NCBI GenBank assembly: GCA_965226375.1
Contig: CBDDCX010000006.1
Location: 32,001 to 96,000 of the forward strand
Direction: 5' to 3'
Source: Longimicrobiales bacterium
GTDB taxonomy: Bacteria > Gemmatimonadota > Gemmatimonadetes > Longimicrobiales > Gaopeijiaceae
DNA: 64,000 nt
In this document: one piece after another, positions 19,460 through 29,044 of the stretch
Position numbering within the stretch: position 1 is the first letter of the stretch
How the letters are laid out: each line of letters opens with the position of its first letter
Translations under genes and position numbers: made by a program
The notes under the pieces: generated by a model
The model's input: the letters and a program-made list of their open reading frames with translations, nothing else
Database searches by the model: none
Told to the model about the DNA's origin: nothing

Positions 19460-20620
19460 ATGACCGACTCAGCCACCGACGCCACGGGCAGCGGGACTCG
19501 CGCCCCGGGCCTTCTGAAGCGCTACCTCCTTCCCGGGTTCATCTTCCAGTCGGTGGTCATCGCCGGTGGATACGGCACGGGCAGGGAGTTGGCGGAGTTC
19601 TTTCTGCCCTACGGCCCCAAGGGCGGACTCCTGGCCATGATGCTGGTGTCCATGACGTTCTGGTCGCTGGTGTGTGCCGTAGCCTTCGAGTACGCACGCG
19701 TTTTCCAGGCCTATGACTACCGGACGTTCTGCAGGCACTTGCTGGGGCCTGGTTGGATCGTCTTCGAGTTGACGTATTCGGCCATGCTCATGGTCGTTCT
19801 GGCCGTGATCGCGTCGGCAGCGGGCTCGATTCTACAGGAGACGTTCGGTCTCCCGTACCTGGTGGGGGTCGTCGGGATCATGGTCGCGATCGGATTCCTG
19901 GTCTTCGAGGGTACCGGACTCATCGAGAAGGTGCTGGCCAGTTGGTCATTCGTGCTCTACGGCACGTTCACTGTCCTGTTCGCCTGGTCGTTGTCCGCCT
20001 TCAGCACGGAGATCGGAACGGCCTTGAGCACAGTGCCGGTCGGCGACGGATGGTTCGTGGGCGGCATCGCCTACGCGGCGTACAACGTGGCCATCATCCC
20101 GGCGCTGCTCTTCAGTGTGCGACACGTGAGCACCAGAAAAGAAGCGTTGATCTCGGGTGGTCTCGCCGGCCCGATCGCCATCATCCCGGGCTTCTTCCTG
20201 CTCCTCGCGATGGCCGGCCACTACCCGGGAATCGCCGACGAGACGGTGCCCGTGAACCTCATACTCGAGGGCCTCGGATCCCGCACGTTCCAGATCGTCT
20301 TTCAGATTTGCCTGTTCGGAACGCTCATCGAGACCGGCACCGGCATGATCCACGGTGTGAACGAGCGTCTGGCCATGACTTTCAAAGAGGCTGGCAAGGA
20401 GCTTCCCCCGATGGTGCGCCCGGCAATCGCCGTGACGCTGTTGGTTATCGGCGCCCTTCTGGCTCAGTTCGGGCTCATCGGCCTGATCGCGAGGGGGTAC
20501 GGCACACTCACGTGGATTTTCCTGGTGGTGGTCCTGTTGCCGCTGCTGACCTGGGGCGTGTGGCAGCTGGCCACAGCGGACGGAAACAGCGGTGACGACG
20601 CGGCGACAGACTCCGCCTAG
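19460..20620 (+). CDS. YkvI-like multi-pass membrane protein (APC-like transporter)
   Basis: FQSVVIAGGYGTGRELAEFF motif, about 10 hydrophobic segments. Confidence 0.75.
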   Translation: MTDSATDATGSGTRAPGLLKRYLLPGFIFQSVVIAGGYGTGRELAEFFLPYGPKGGLLAMMLVSMTFWSLVCAVAFEYARVFQAYDYRTFCRHLLGPGWIVFELTYSAMLMVVLAVIASAAGSILQETFGLPYLVGVVGIMVAIGFLVFEGTGLIEKVLASWSFVLYGTFTVLFAWSLSAFSTEIGTALSTVPVGDGWFVGGIAYAAYNVAIIPALLFSVRHVSTRKEALISGGLAGPIAIIPGFFLLLAMAGHYPGIADETVPVNLILEGLGSRTFQIVFQICLFGTLIETGTGMIHGVNERLAMTFKEAGKELPPMVRPAIAVTLLVIGALLAQFGLIGLIARGYGTLTWIFLVVVLLPLLTWGVWQLATADGNSGDDAATDSA

Positions 20621-20638
20621 GCGGCTCGAGACAGCCCC

Positions 20639-22429
20639 CTAGGAGATCGGCCTCCGGTCCGGCGCCTGGTAGCCAGGGCCACGCACGATCATGCCCGGCT
20701 TCGCATCGGTGTGCTCTCCGTCCCTGACCACCGCCACCCCGTTCACGAACACGTCGCGCACGCCCTCTGACACCTGATGAGGCTCCTCGAAGGTGGCCCG
20801 GTCAATAATCGTTTCGGGATCGAAGATCACGATGTCCGCATAAAAGCCCTCTTTGAGTAGGCCGCGATCATGAATCGAAAGACGGGTGGCCACCGCCGAG
20901 CTCATCTTCCGGATGGCGTCCTCCAATGGGAGCACTCCCTTCTCTCGCACATAACGGCCGAGGATACGCGGATACGTCCCGTAGCTTCTCGGATGCACGA
21001 GAACGCGCGTGGTTTCGGGATTCACGCCTCCGGCGTCGGTCCCGAACTTCATCCAGGGCTGCTGCATCTGTAGAGCGACGTTGTCCTCGCTCATCAGGAA
21101 GTAGATCGTTCCCACGCGCTGGCGCTCGTCCAGAACCAGGTCCATGGCGGTGTCGATCCAGTCCTTGCCCATCTCCGCCGCGATATCGTCCAGGTAGCGG
21201 CCCGTGTACTTCTGATTCTCGGGCTTGTCCAGACCGAGAACCAAGACACCGGCAGGCGTAGCGAGCGTGCAGAAGCTCTCCCATACCTCCTGCTGGTTCT
21301 CGATCTCCCCTCGAATCCGTTGCCGAGCCTCGCGATCGGCCAGATTGTCGTAGAGCTTGCCATCCGCGGAAGCCGACGGTGGGAAGCACGCCGTCAGACC
21401 CGTGCTCCCCGCAACGTACGGATACATGTTCGCCTGTACGTCGACCCCTGCAGCCCGGGCCGAGTCGATCTTGGTGATGGCCATTGCAGCCTTGTGCCAG
21501 TTCCGCTGGCCTCCGGCCTTGAGGTGGTAGATCTCCACCGGTACGCCGCCACGTTCTCCGATTTCGATGGCCTCGTCGATGGCCTCCAGATAGTCGTCCG
21601 CTTCGGATCGCATGTGCGTGATGTAGACGCCCCCATAGCCAGCCATCGCCCCGGCGATCTCACCCAGCTCAGCCGTGGACACAAAGTTTCCCGGAGGATA
21701 GACCAGAGCGGAGGCGACACCGAAGGCGCCGTCCTCCATGGCCCGCCTCACGACGGCTTTCATCGTGTCCAGCTCTGCGGGTGCGGCGGGTCCCATACGC
21801 ATCCCGACCGCATAGGTGCGCACCGTGCCCGCCCCCAGAAAAGAACCCTGGTTGGCTGACGTGCCGTGAGCCTCCATGGCCTTCAGCCACGCGTCGAAGC
21901 CGTGATTTCCGGCGAAGCTACGAGCCAGACGGTCGGCCTGAGACTCTTCGTCGTTTGCCCGCCCCAGGCCCGTCGGATTCACCGGGGCATCGGTAGTGCC
22001 CTCCCCCATGATCTCCGTCGTAATACCCTGCGTGACCTTGCTGACGACCCTCCCGTCGCCCTGGAGGAACGCGTAGCGGGAGTGGCTTTGTATATCGATG
22101 AAGCCGGGAGCGACCACGTGCCCGAACGCGTCGACGCGCTCGCTGGTCGACGCACGACGTAACATCCCGCGAGGCGCGATGCGGGCGATGCGGCCGTCCT
22201 TGACCGCCAGGTCGCCATAGAACCATGCGTTTCCGGTGCCGTCTACGATCCTTCCGTTCTCGATGACCAGGTCGTACTCGACCTCCGGTTCGGCCACCGG
22301 CTCGACGGCCGGCTCCGGAGCCGGAAGGGGCACGGCTACGGCGGGGGGAGGTGCACTCCCTCCGCACGAAGAGAGGACGAGGACCGTGAGGAGCAGGACG
22401 ATGGATCGGGAACGAAGCATATTTATCAT
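20639..22429 (-). CDS. N-acyl-D-amino-acid deacylase family amidohydrolase, lipoprotein
   Basis: Lipobox LSSC; NGRIVDGTG, VAPGFIDIQSHS, THMRSE, YHLK, HPRSYGTYPR, ADIVIFDP. Confidence 0.88.
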   Translation of the reverse strand: MINMLRSRSIVLLLTVLVLSSCGGSAPPPAVAVPLPAPEPAVEPVAEPEVEYDLVIENGRIVDGTGNAWFYGDLAVKDGRIARIAPRGMLRRASTSERVDAFGHVVAPGFIDIQSHSRYAFLQGDGRVVSKVTQGITTEIMGEGTTDAPVNPTGLGRANDEESQADRLARSFAGNHGFDAWLKAMEAHGTSANQGSFLGAGTVRTYAVGMRMGPAAPAELDTMKAVVRRAMEDGAFGVASALVYPPGNFVSTAELGEIAGAMAGYGGVYITHMRSEADDYLEAIDEAIEIGERGGVPVEIYHLKAGGQRNWHKAAMAITKIDSARAAGVDVQANMYPYVAGSTGLTACFPPSASADGKLYDNLADREARQRIRGEIENQQEVWESFCTLATPAGVLVLGLDKPENQKYTGRYLDDIAAEMGKDWIDTAMDLVLDERQRVGTIYFLMSEDNVALQMQQPWMKFGTDAGGVNPETTRVLVHPRSYGTYPRILGRYVREKGVLPLEDAIRKMSSAVATRLSIHDRGLLKEGFYADIVIFDPETIIDRATFEEPHQVSEGVRDVFVNGVAVVRDGEHTDAKPGMIVRGPGYQAPDRRPIS

Positions 22430-22433
22430 GGCC

Positions 22434-23564
22434 TCACCGGTATCCGTAATATGTGCGGCCCTGCGGGGGAGCAGGCAGCGTCGGGGCCGTCCAGCGCCCT
22501 GACTCGAAGTCCATCCAGCGCTCGAAGAGCCTGGCGGAGTACTCGGCCCCCGCATTGGCGTCCAGTCCCCTGAGAACCTCACCCATGACGCCGGAGTAGC
22601 CTGCCCTGGCCACCCTGATCAGGGCGGTCAATCCATCGTATGCGTCCGCGAAACCCTGGGCCGTGAACGTCACGGAGCCGTCGTCATATCGAACACCTGG
22701 CACCCCTTCCAGGGCCGCCAGTGAGGCGGGCGGCACGGCATCGAGCGTCGCTTCGACCGGCGACGCGGTCTTCATCACGCGGGCATCGGACAGTGCCTCG
22801 ACGGCGGCCTGGGCCTCAGCACGGAGCTGTGCCCGGACTTCTTCCACGGGATAGGGATCCGCCGTTGACGCGCTGGTGGCATCCTTCACCGTCACGTACC
22901 GGATCCACGGCATGGTGGCCAGATCAGCGGCGAGTTTGTCATCACCGGACGCGAAGATGACAGGCACGCCCACACGACCCCAGGAAAGAGCCACGATCTC
23001 GGTCTCCGTGATACTCTGCCCGTTGAGGCGCCATCCGATTCCGGGATTGTAGGTATGAGATGCGAAGCCCCCGCTTCCGGTCTTGGCATGCATGCCGACC
23101 ACGGCGATCGCGTCGAAAGCGCCCGCCTCGACGATGTCGACATAGGCCTCGAAGGGTTCTGACCGGCTGTACATCTCGGCCCGTGGGTCCAGACGGTCGA
23201 GGATGATATCGGGTTCCGGGTTGCCACTTCCGTGGCCGTCTACCACCCGAACCACATCGGCCCCTCCATCGAACAGACCCGCGATGACGGCGTTCACGTC
23301 ACCGATCAGATACTCCGCACCCTGCGGATAGAACTCGGCATTGCGGTACGAAAAGGTCCGGGGGTCGGACTGACCGGAGAGCCCCTCCATGTCGTGCATG
23401 ACCAGGACTCGAAGCTCACCGTCGTCGTCGGGTGCCGGGTCCGCGAGGGTCCAGGGAGCACCCTGTAAGGCGTCGCCAGACGTGTCCTGCTCGGACTCGA
23501 TCGTGCATCCGCCCGCGGCGACGCCGGCAAGAAGTGTCAGGGCCCAGTGTGCTCGAAACGTCAT
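22434..23564 (-). CDS. M55-family (DppA-like) D-aminopeptidase, lipoprotein
   Basis: DMEG, VDGHGSG, VGMHAKTG...SHT, SGDD motifs; lipobox AGGC. Confidence 0.85.
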   Translation of the reverse strand: MTFRAHWALTLLAGVAAGGCTIESEQDTSGDALQGAPWTLADPAPDDDGELRVLVMHDMEGLSGQSDPRTFSYRNAEFYPQGAEYLIGDVNAVIAGLFDGGADVVRVVDGHGSGNPEPDIILDRLDPRAEMYSRSEPFEAYVDIVEAGAFDAIAVVGMHAKTGSGGFASHTYNPGIGWRLNGQSITETEIVALSWGRVGVPVIFASGDDKLAADLATMPWIRYVTVKDATSASTADPYPVEEVRAQLRAEAQAAVEALSDARVMKTASPVEATLDAVPPASLAALEGVPGVRYDDGSVTFTAQGFADAYDGLTALIRVARAGYSGVMGEVLRGLDANAGAEYSARLFERWMDFESGRWTAPTLPAPPQGRTYYGYR

Positions 23565-23639
23565 GCTTCGGTCCCTCTCGGTGTGGGAGATTATACGGAC
23601 GAACGACCCCCGGAGCCACGCTCCGAGGGTCGCACGTGC

Positions 23640-23757
23640 GCCGTTCATCTATCTCGCGGTGGCCTCGGCCCTGTTGGTGGTGGGGTTGGTGGCCAGTTAT
23701 GTGCCCGCGTGGAAGGCGACGAGGGTGTCGCCGGTGGTGGCGATGAGGTGTGAGTAG
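23640..23757 (+). pseudogene. Isolated 3' tail of an ADOP permease
   Basis: PFIYLAVASALLVVGLVASYVPAWKATRVSPVVAMRCE* matches the permease C-termini in this window; no upstream permease body. Confidence 0.75.
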
Positions 23758-23801
23758 GGGGGGCGCCCCGCGGCTGCACCGAGGCTCTGTCCCAGCGCTC
23801 T

Positions 23802-24341
23802 CTACGAAGCGGGCTCTCGGGACTGTCGAGCCGTGCTGATCACCCTCTCGACCTGAGCCGGAACATCGGTCTTGATCTGCTCGAACGCGGCTTCGTCTCC
23901 CCGGATAGCCGCGTAGTGTAGTTCCCTCACCTGATCGACGAAGTTATCCAGCTCCCGCCTGAGCTCCGGATAGTTGCGTTCGTTCTTGATGAACGGATGG
24001 GCGGCATACCAGATCGCAAGAAGAAGGCAGAAGAGCCCCGCAGTGACGCCTAGGATACGGCGAAAGTCGTCTTCGACGAAGAAGAAGATGACACTACCGC
24101 CCGACCGGACAAGAGAAAGGCGGCCTTTCCGAAGCCGCCCAGCCAGAACCTCCCAGTCGCCTGTCGTGGGTGACAAAAGGTGACTTTTCCGGCCGAGTAG
24201 ATGACCACGCCCCTGCATCCCGTTTGCATCCCGCAGACCGGCTAAGAACGGTTTTACAGGACGCCTCCTGACCGGCTTAGAACGGTCGAAACGTCCAGCT
24301 TCTAAGCGAGCGAGGAGGCCCGAAGGGCCCCCGCAGCTCAA
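23802..24341 (-). CDS. Hypothetical membrane protein (true start probably downstream of the ORF start)
   Basis: Hydrophobic segment ILGVTAGLFCLLLAIWYAA plus a helical C-terminus; the N-terminal part looks non-coding. Confidence 0.4.
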   Translation of the reverse strand: MSCGGPSGLLARLEAGRFDRSKPVRRRPVKPFLAGLRDANGMQGRGHLLGRKSHLLSPTTGDWEVLAGRLRKGRLSLVRSGGSVIFFFVEDDFRRILGVTAGLFCLLLAIWYAAHPFIKNERNYPELRRELDNFVDQVRELHYAAIRGDEAAFEQIKTDVPAQVERVISTARQSREPAS

Positions 24342-24350
24342 TCCTGTCGT

Positions 24351-24776
24351 TTACGCACCTGTTGACCCGAGCTCCGCACTTATCCGAGCGATGATCTCGG
24401 TCGTGGAAATCCCGGGCGTGTAGCCCACCGTGCGGTAAATGCCCATCTCGATCGGAATCTTGTAACAGAGCTCTTCCATCTCACTGGGAAAGTCATCTCC
24501 GTGCACGATCAGGTCGATTTCGTACTGTTCGATCCAGGCACGGTCGATCGTGAGTGGTGCGTTCGATGCTACTTCGTCGACGTAGCGACAGCCCTCGACC
24601 GAAGCCACGCGCTCCTCCATGGTGAGTATCGGGCGGCTCCTCTTGTAACTCATCACCGTTTCATCGGCGTGAACGCCCACCAAAAGGTAGTCACCGTGTC
24701 TTCTGGCCTGTCTGAGGAAATTCACGTGACCGTAATGGAACAGATCGGCCACCATATCGACGTAAACGCGTGTGAT
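24351..24776 (-). CDS. Cytidylyltransferase (TagD/choline-phosphate CT-like)
   Basis: RVYVDMVADLFHYGH (HxGH), LLVGVHAD, PILTMEER, VHGDD, TPGISTT; start inferred at ATC after AGGAG. Confidence 0.85.
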   Translation of the reverse strand: MTRVYVDMVADLFHYGHVNFLRQARRHGDYLLVGVHADETVMSYKRSRPILTMEERVASVEGCRYVDEVASNAPLTIDRAWIEQYEIDLIVHGDDFPSEMEELCYKIPIEMGIYRTVGYTPGISTTEIIARISAELGSTGA

Positions 24777-24824
24777 GTCAGGTTCTCCTGGGCTAGGTCT
24801 ATGGATTACTGATCTAAGGCCTGG

Positions 24825-25715
24825 TCAGACCTGTTCGGCAATGAGGGCGTGTGCTCTCCCCGAGAGACTCTGAGGGTCCGGTTTGTAGACGTAGTTCACA
24901 CCAGGCGCGAGGTACTCAACATAGAGGATCTCCTTGTGATCTCCATGTTGGACAGAGACCACGTATCCGGCCTCGCCCGGGAGGCTGAAGTAGACATAGC
25001 CATCTGCATTGGTGCTTGACCTATCCAGCCCTGTCAGGACAGTCGTGGCGGCCAACGCAACCTGGGCCCCCTCGACCGGACGACCCTCGAGATCGAGGAC
25101 CTTCAGACTGCCGGTGTGCCGTTGAGGTTCGAGTTTGCTAGCCAGGCCCATGATCCCATCGGAGGTGGTGGGAAGAGTGGCTTCGGCCATCAGGACTTCC
25201 TGTTCGAACCCGCCCGCTCTTTTTGGAATCATCCATTCCGGACCGTACTTGAGCCTGAGGTATTCCTCGGGCGGATTCGGCACCAAGAATTTCTCGCCGA
25301 GGAAATCGATCTCTTTCAGGTCCGTGTGCAGACTTGCTGGGATTCGAACGACCGGCCACTGGTAAATGCTGTCGTCTATGATTCGATAGCAGCTCCAGTC
25401 CATCGGCGTGCCAAACTTCTTGAGATCAACGCTCAGATGAAGTTCGGTATCTGTGATTCGTGCGTCGAACCCGTGCTCCTTGAACACGTCCGCTGCACTA
25501 CGTACCAGTTCCTCGGTAAGACCGTGCAGGCCGATCACCGAACCGATGTCCAGGTCATCGTCCCATTCGATGAAGGCGCTATCCCTCACAGCGCCCAAAC
25601 ATGTACCATGGCGCAAAAAGAAGACCAGTCCGAGTCGATCCAGGATCTGTTTCGCTTCTTTCAGCAGCGCTTCGGCGGTGCTCATGTCCATCGGTTTGAG
25701 AACTGAGGGTTGCAT
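24825..25715 (-). CDS. LicD-family nucleotidyltransferase with C-terminal beta-sandwich
   Basis: HGTCLGAVRD..FIEWDDDLDIG, VPNPPEEYLRLKYGPEWMIP; C-terminal GRPVEGAQV...TNADGY. Confidence 0.85.
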   Translation of the reverse strand: MQPSVLKPMDMSTAEALLKEAKQILDRLGLVFFLRHGTCLGAVRDSAFIEWDDDLDIGSVIGLHGLTEELVRSAADVFKEHGFDARITDTELHLSVDLKKFGTPMDWSCYRIIDDSIYQWPVVRIPASLHTDLKEIDFLGEKFLVPNPPEEYLRLKYGPEWMIPKRAGGFEQEVLMAEATLPTTSDGIMGLASKLEPQRHTGSLKVLDLEGRPVEGAQVALAATTVLTGLDRSSTNADGYVYFSLPGEAGYVVSVQHGDHKEILYVEYLAPGVNYVYKPDPQSLSGRAHALIAEQV

Positions 25716-25868
25716 GGTTGTGGATAAGCTCGTGTGTGGGGCCGATAAGGGTGGCCTCGCGCGACACAGACGAAGACTACGATAGGTCGCCGTCCGGATG
25801 CCGGCACACCTACGTTACAGCAATAGGCATACAGCACAAAGCCGGGGAGTCCATTCCCAGGACTCACC

Positions 25869-25922
25869 GAGGGAGAGACGCTGAGGGAGCGGATCGACCG
25901 CGAGAGACAACTACCCGCCGAT
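25869..25922 (+). pseudogene. Short Ser/Thr kinase fragment
   Basis: Reads EGETLRERIDRERQLPAD, resembling the subdomain V-VIa segment of bacterial Hanks kinases. Confidence 0.45.
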
Positions 25923-25988
25923 TCGGGCGTACTTGATCTTGCCCCGAGTTGGTGGACACTTCCAGACTGAGGTAAAGGAGGTGTCACG

Positions 25989-26303
25989 GTGGGAGGAACG
26001 AGGAAGCCGTATCCGGTGGAGTTTCGGAACCAGATGGTGGAGTTGGTCCGGGCAGGTCGGAGTCCAGAGCAGTTGGCGAAAGAGTTTGAGCCCACGGCGA
26101 CCACGATCCGGAAATGGGCGGATCGGGCGGACCGTGACGAGGGCCGTCGAAGTGACGGTCTGACGACACCGGAGCGTGAGGAACTGAGTCGGCTGAAGCG
26201 TGAACTCCGGCAGGTGAAGCTGGAGCGGGAGATCTTAGCAAAAGCCACGGCCTGGTTCGCACGGGAGACCGGCTCGATGCCGTCCGGAGGTTCGAGTTCG
26301 TGA
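25989..26303 (+). CDS. IS3 transposase OrfA
   Basis: YPVEFR..MVELVRAG HTH; LKRELRQVKLEREILAKA. Confidence 0.9.
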   Translation: MGGTRKPYPVEFRNQMVELVRAGRSPEQLAKEFEPTATTIRKWADRADRDEGRRSDGLTTPEREELSRLKRELRQVKLEREILAKATAWFARETGSMPSGGSSS

Positions 26304-27277
26304 AGGCTCATCAGGCCGAATATCCGATTGCCACGCAGTGTCGAGTGCTGGGAGTCTCTACCAGCGGATACTATGCGTGGCTCAAGCGAGCCCCTGCGGC
26401 CCGATCGAAGGCGAACGCAGAGCTGTTGGAGGAAATCAAGAGGAGCCACAAGAAAAGCGACGGGACGTACGGTGCACCGAGGATCCACGCCGATCTTCCG
26501 AAGGAGATGGGTGCGAGCCTGAACCGGGTGGCTCGTGTGATGTGCGACGTGGGGATCCAAGGCGTGACACGGCGGAAATGGACGAAGACGACGGTGCGCG
26601 ATGAGGACGAACGAGCGGCGCCGGACCTGGTGGATCGGGCCTTCACGGCGACGGGCCCAGACCAGCTCTGGGTGGCTGACATCACGTACATCCCGACGTG
26701 GGCGGGCTTCCTGTATCTGGCGGTGGTGATGGATGTGTGGAGCCGTCGGATCGTGGGCTGGGCGATGGCGACACACCTCAGGACGGAGCTGGTGCTGGAC
26801 GCGTTGAACATGGCGCTCCGGCAACGACGGCCCGAGGCTGTGGTCCATCACTCGGACCAGGGAAGCCAGTACACGTCTGTCGCGTTCGGGGGGCGCTGCA
26901 AACAGGCGGGCGTACGGCCGTCGATGGGCTCGGTGGGCGACTGCTACGACAATGCCATGTCCGAGTCATTTTTCGCGACGCTCGAGTGTGAGCTCATCGA
27001 CCGCTATCGGTTCAAGACCCAGGCCGAGGCGAGGATGGCGGTTTTCGGGTTCATCGAGGGCTGGTACAACCCGCGGCGGCGGCACTCCTCCCTGGGCTAC
27101 GAGTCACCGATAAGCTTCGAGGAGAACCATGCAAACAGGAGCGCCGCTTGTCCGGCTGCCGCGGGCACGGCAACCTTCAACGAGCCGGGCATGCTGCTAC
27201 TCCCCTGCGCCTCCGGCGCAGCGGAAGCTTCTGACTCCAAAGGCTCTTGGGAGAAGAGAGAAAACACAAGCACTTAA
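26300..27277 (+). CDS. IS3 transposase OrfB (DDE)
   Basis: WVADITYI, HHSDQGSQY, DNAMSESFFATLE, WYNPRRRHSSLG. Confidence 0.93.
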   Translation: MKAHQAEYPIATQCRVLGVSTSGYYAWLKRAPAARSKANAELLEEIKRSHKKSDGTYGAPRIHADLPKEMGASLNRVARVMCDVGIQGVTRRKWTKTTVRDEDERAAPDLVDRAFTATGPDQLWVADITYIPTWAGFLYLAVVMDVWSRRIVGWAMATHLRTELVLDALNMALRQRRPEAVVHHSDQGSQYTSVAFGGRCKQAGVRPSMGSVGDCYDNAMSESFFATLECELIDRYRFKTQAEARMAVFGFIEGWYNPRRRHSSLGYESPISFEENHANRSAACPAAAGTATFNEPGMLLLPCASGAAEASDSKGSWEKRENTST

Positions 27278-27388
27278 CCGTCCACCGATTCGGGGTAGGT
27301 CCAGTCATCGGTTGCCTCGTTCGTTTTGGATGTCCATAGTGCAGGTCGTGGTCACACCCGGTTGGGCCAATCTCGGAGGGCCATTCGC

Positions 27389-27661
27389 ATGGCAAGCCCG
27401 GAAGACCAGGTTTGGATCAACCAATTCGAGCACGAAGGAGAGGAACTGGTCCAGCGTAATTTTGACCGCGGCCATTACGGCCATCGCACGAGGCATGAAA
27501 ATGCTGCGCGCCGGTGGCTTCGAGGCAAGAAGGCCGCACGGCTCAACCCCAAAGTCCCGGTGAGTGCACCTGTCTTGCTCGGTCTCCCTACAGCGGAGTC
27601 CAGCCCTTCCCGCAAGGAGCGCTTGAAGGTGTGGCTTGCAATTATCCGTGGGTCGTTCTGA
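27389..27661 (+). CDS. Hypothetical protein
   Basis: GGAGG RBS then MASPEDQVW...; no recognised motif. Confidence 0.4.
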   Translation: MASPEDQVWINQFEHEGEELVQRNFDRGHYGHRTRHENAARRWLRGKKAARLNPKVPVSAPVLLGLPTAESSPSRKERLKVWLAIIRGSF

Positions 27662-27743
27662 TGGGAACCTCACGCCCGCCTTTCCAGCCGGGCCTCCGGT
27701 TCGGTAACCTGCGAGTGCACTCCACCTCCTATGGGGGGAAGTC

Positions 27744-27938
27744 GTGAACGTGAATGGCAAGAAGCTCGAAGGCCTCATCGTGCTCATCACCGGGATCGGG
27801 GTCTTGGTCGTTTCCCTCTTGGCCGATGTCATCGGGATCGCGAACGCCCCCGGTTTCGGAAGCGAGCAGACGATGGGGACGATGCTTGGCGTGGTGATAA
27901 TCGGCGGCGGCCTTATCCTGGCGCGTCGAGCGTCATAG
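27744..27938 (+). CDS. Small two-TM membrane protein
   Basis: 64 aa with two hydrophobic helices around ADVIGIANAPGFG. Confidence 0.55.
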   Translation: MNVNGKKLEGLIVLITGIGVLVVSLLADVIGIANAPGFGSEQTMGTMLGVVIIGGGLILARRAS

Positions 27939-28050
27939 CCGCCGCTTCTGTAGCCGTGGCAACCGCCGTACCACCATCAGACCATGAGCCTGTCTGCCAT
28001 GCGCCATCAGGCCATGACCCCGCCTTCCACGAGGCGCCTATAGCGGACAT
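27913..28050 (-). CDS. 45-aa peptide with four (S/A)W-x-x-G pentapeptide repeats
   Basis: Hand translation MSAIGASWKAGSWPDGAWQTGSWSDGGTAV...; GAGGG upstream. Confidence 0.4.
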   Translation of the reverse strand: MSAIGASWKAGSWPDGAWQTGSWSDGGTAVATATEAAAMTLDAPG

Positions 28051-28380
28051 CAGGCGTCACCCTCTGTTGCTGTGGCCGTCGTCGCCATCACCTCGGACAC
28101 GGTAGCCCTCCTCGCGGTGATAGGCTGTGGGTGGGCGGTCGCGTCGCCCTGAGCTTCGGCTGGCGCCATGGACGCTGAGCCCGTGATGGGTTGGGCGTTG
28201 GCTTCCTACTCCGCGTTACCGACGTTGAGCGTCAGCCTTTTCGCAGCATGGGATTTGTGAGTGTGATCATCGCGTCGGCGATATTTGCGCTGGGGCTGCC
28301 GTTTGTCCTGTTGTAGGCCCTAGTCCGCTACGACCCTGGTCACCGTCTCACTACAAAACGGCATCGGCCACTGCCCAGGC

Positions 28381-28519
28381 CGATCCGTCTTCACCTCGAA
28401 CTCCTCATGCTCCTGCATCAAGTGCAAGAACAAATCGTGGGCTTCACGAGCAGAGTGGCATGCGGTAGTGACGTGAGAGGCTGAACGTCACCTCAGTCGG
28501 CGTCATTAGGGTGTCGGCC
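28381..28519 (-). repeat. Diverged inverted copy of about 29125-29259
   Basis: The reverse complement aligns with the second copy, e.g. GATGCAGGAGCATGAGGAGTTCGAGGTG(A/G)AGACGGATCG; this copy carries a frameshift. Confidence 0.8.
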
Positions 28520-28793
28520 GGCACAGCATGTCGGACCGTCCTGATGCTAGGGACGCCCTCCATTGTTTACGTGCAAGGACAATCTGAGCATTGCGTCCGG
28601 TGAACGGTGGTTCCCCCACCAGCATCTCGTAGACGATGCAGGCCGGGCTGTAGATGTCGGAGCGCCCGTCGAGATCCGCGCTTCCCGTCGCTTGCTCCGG
28701 GCTCATGTAGTAGGGCGTCCCCACGCTGAGGCCGGTCTGAGTGAGGCGGTCGCCGCCTGCCGCTCCCACCGCGAGCGCGATCCCGAAGCCGGC
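28506..28793 (-). pseudogene. Ser/Thr protein kinase internal fragment
   Basis: AGFGIALAV (degenerate DFG)...GTPYYMSPEQATG...DGRSDIYS...YEMLVGEPPF; both ends missing. Confidence 0.85.
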
Positions 28794-29044
28794 CGTACGA
28801 AGAAAAGGAACAGGGTCGGATAGAAGACGTATAGCGACGGACGCCTGGTCTCATAGATCTCGTAGAGGCGGCGTAGCGAGAATCGCCACTCCTCGATTAC
28901 GGGATTCGTGGCGTTCAAGTGACCTCCTGGCACAGCCTGACGTTCCGGGACGAGCGGGAAAGCAAGATCATCCAACCAATATGGCGACGTCCCTGGCCTC
29001 GCATCAGTCCCATCCAGCCATCGCCCAACCTCAGCATCACCACC

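Larger units (their letters stand above)
25934..27303 (+). mobile_element. IS3-family insertion sequence
   Basis: Imperfect terminal IRs TGATCTTGCCCCGAGTTGGTGGACA / reverse complement TGGACCTACCCCGAATCGGTGGACG; orfA and orfB; no target duplication seen. Confidence 0.9.

Noticed and set aside
24825..24827. Selenocysteine at the licD TGA
   Set aside because: The position is an inter-domain linker, not a Cys-equivalent site, and I see no convincing SECIS hairpin.
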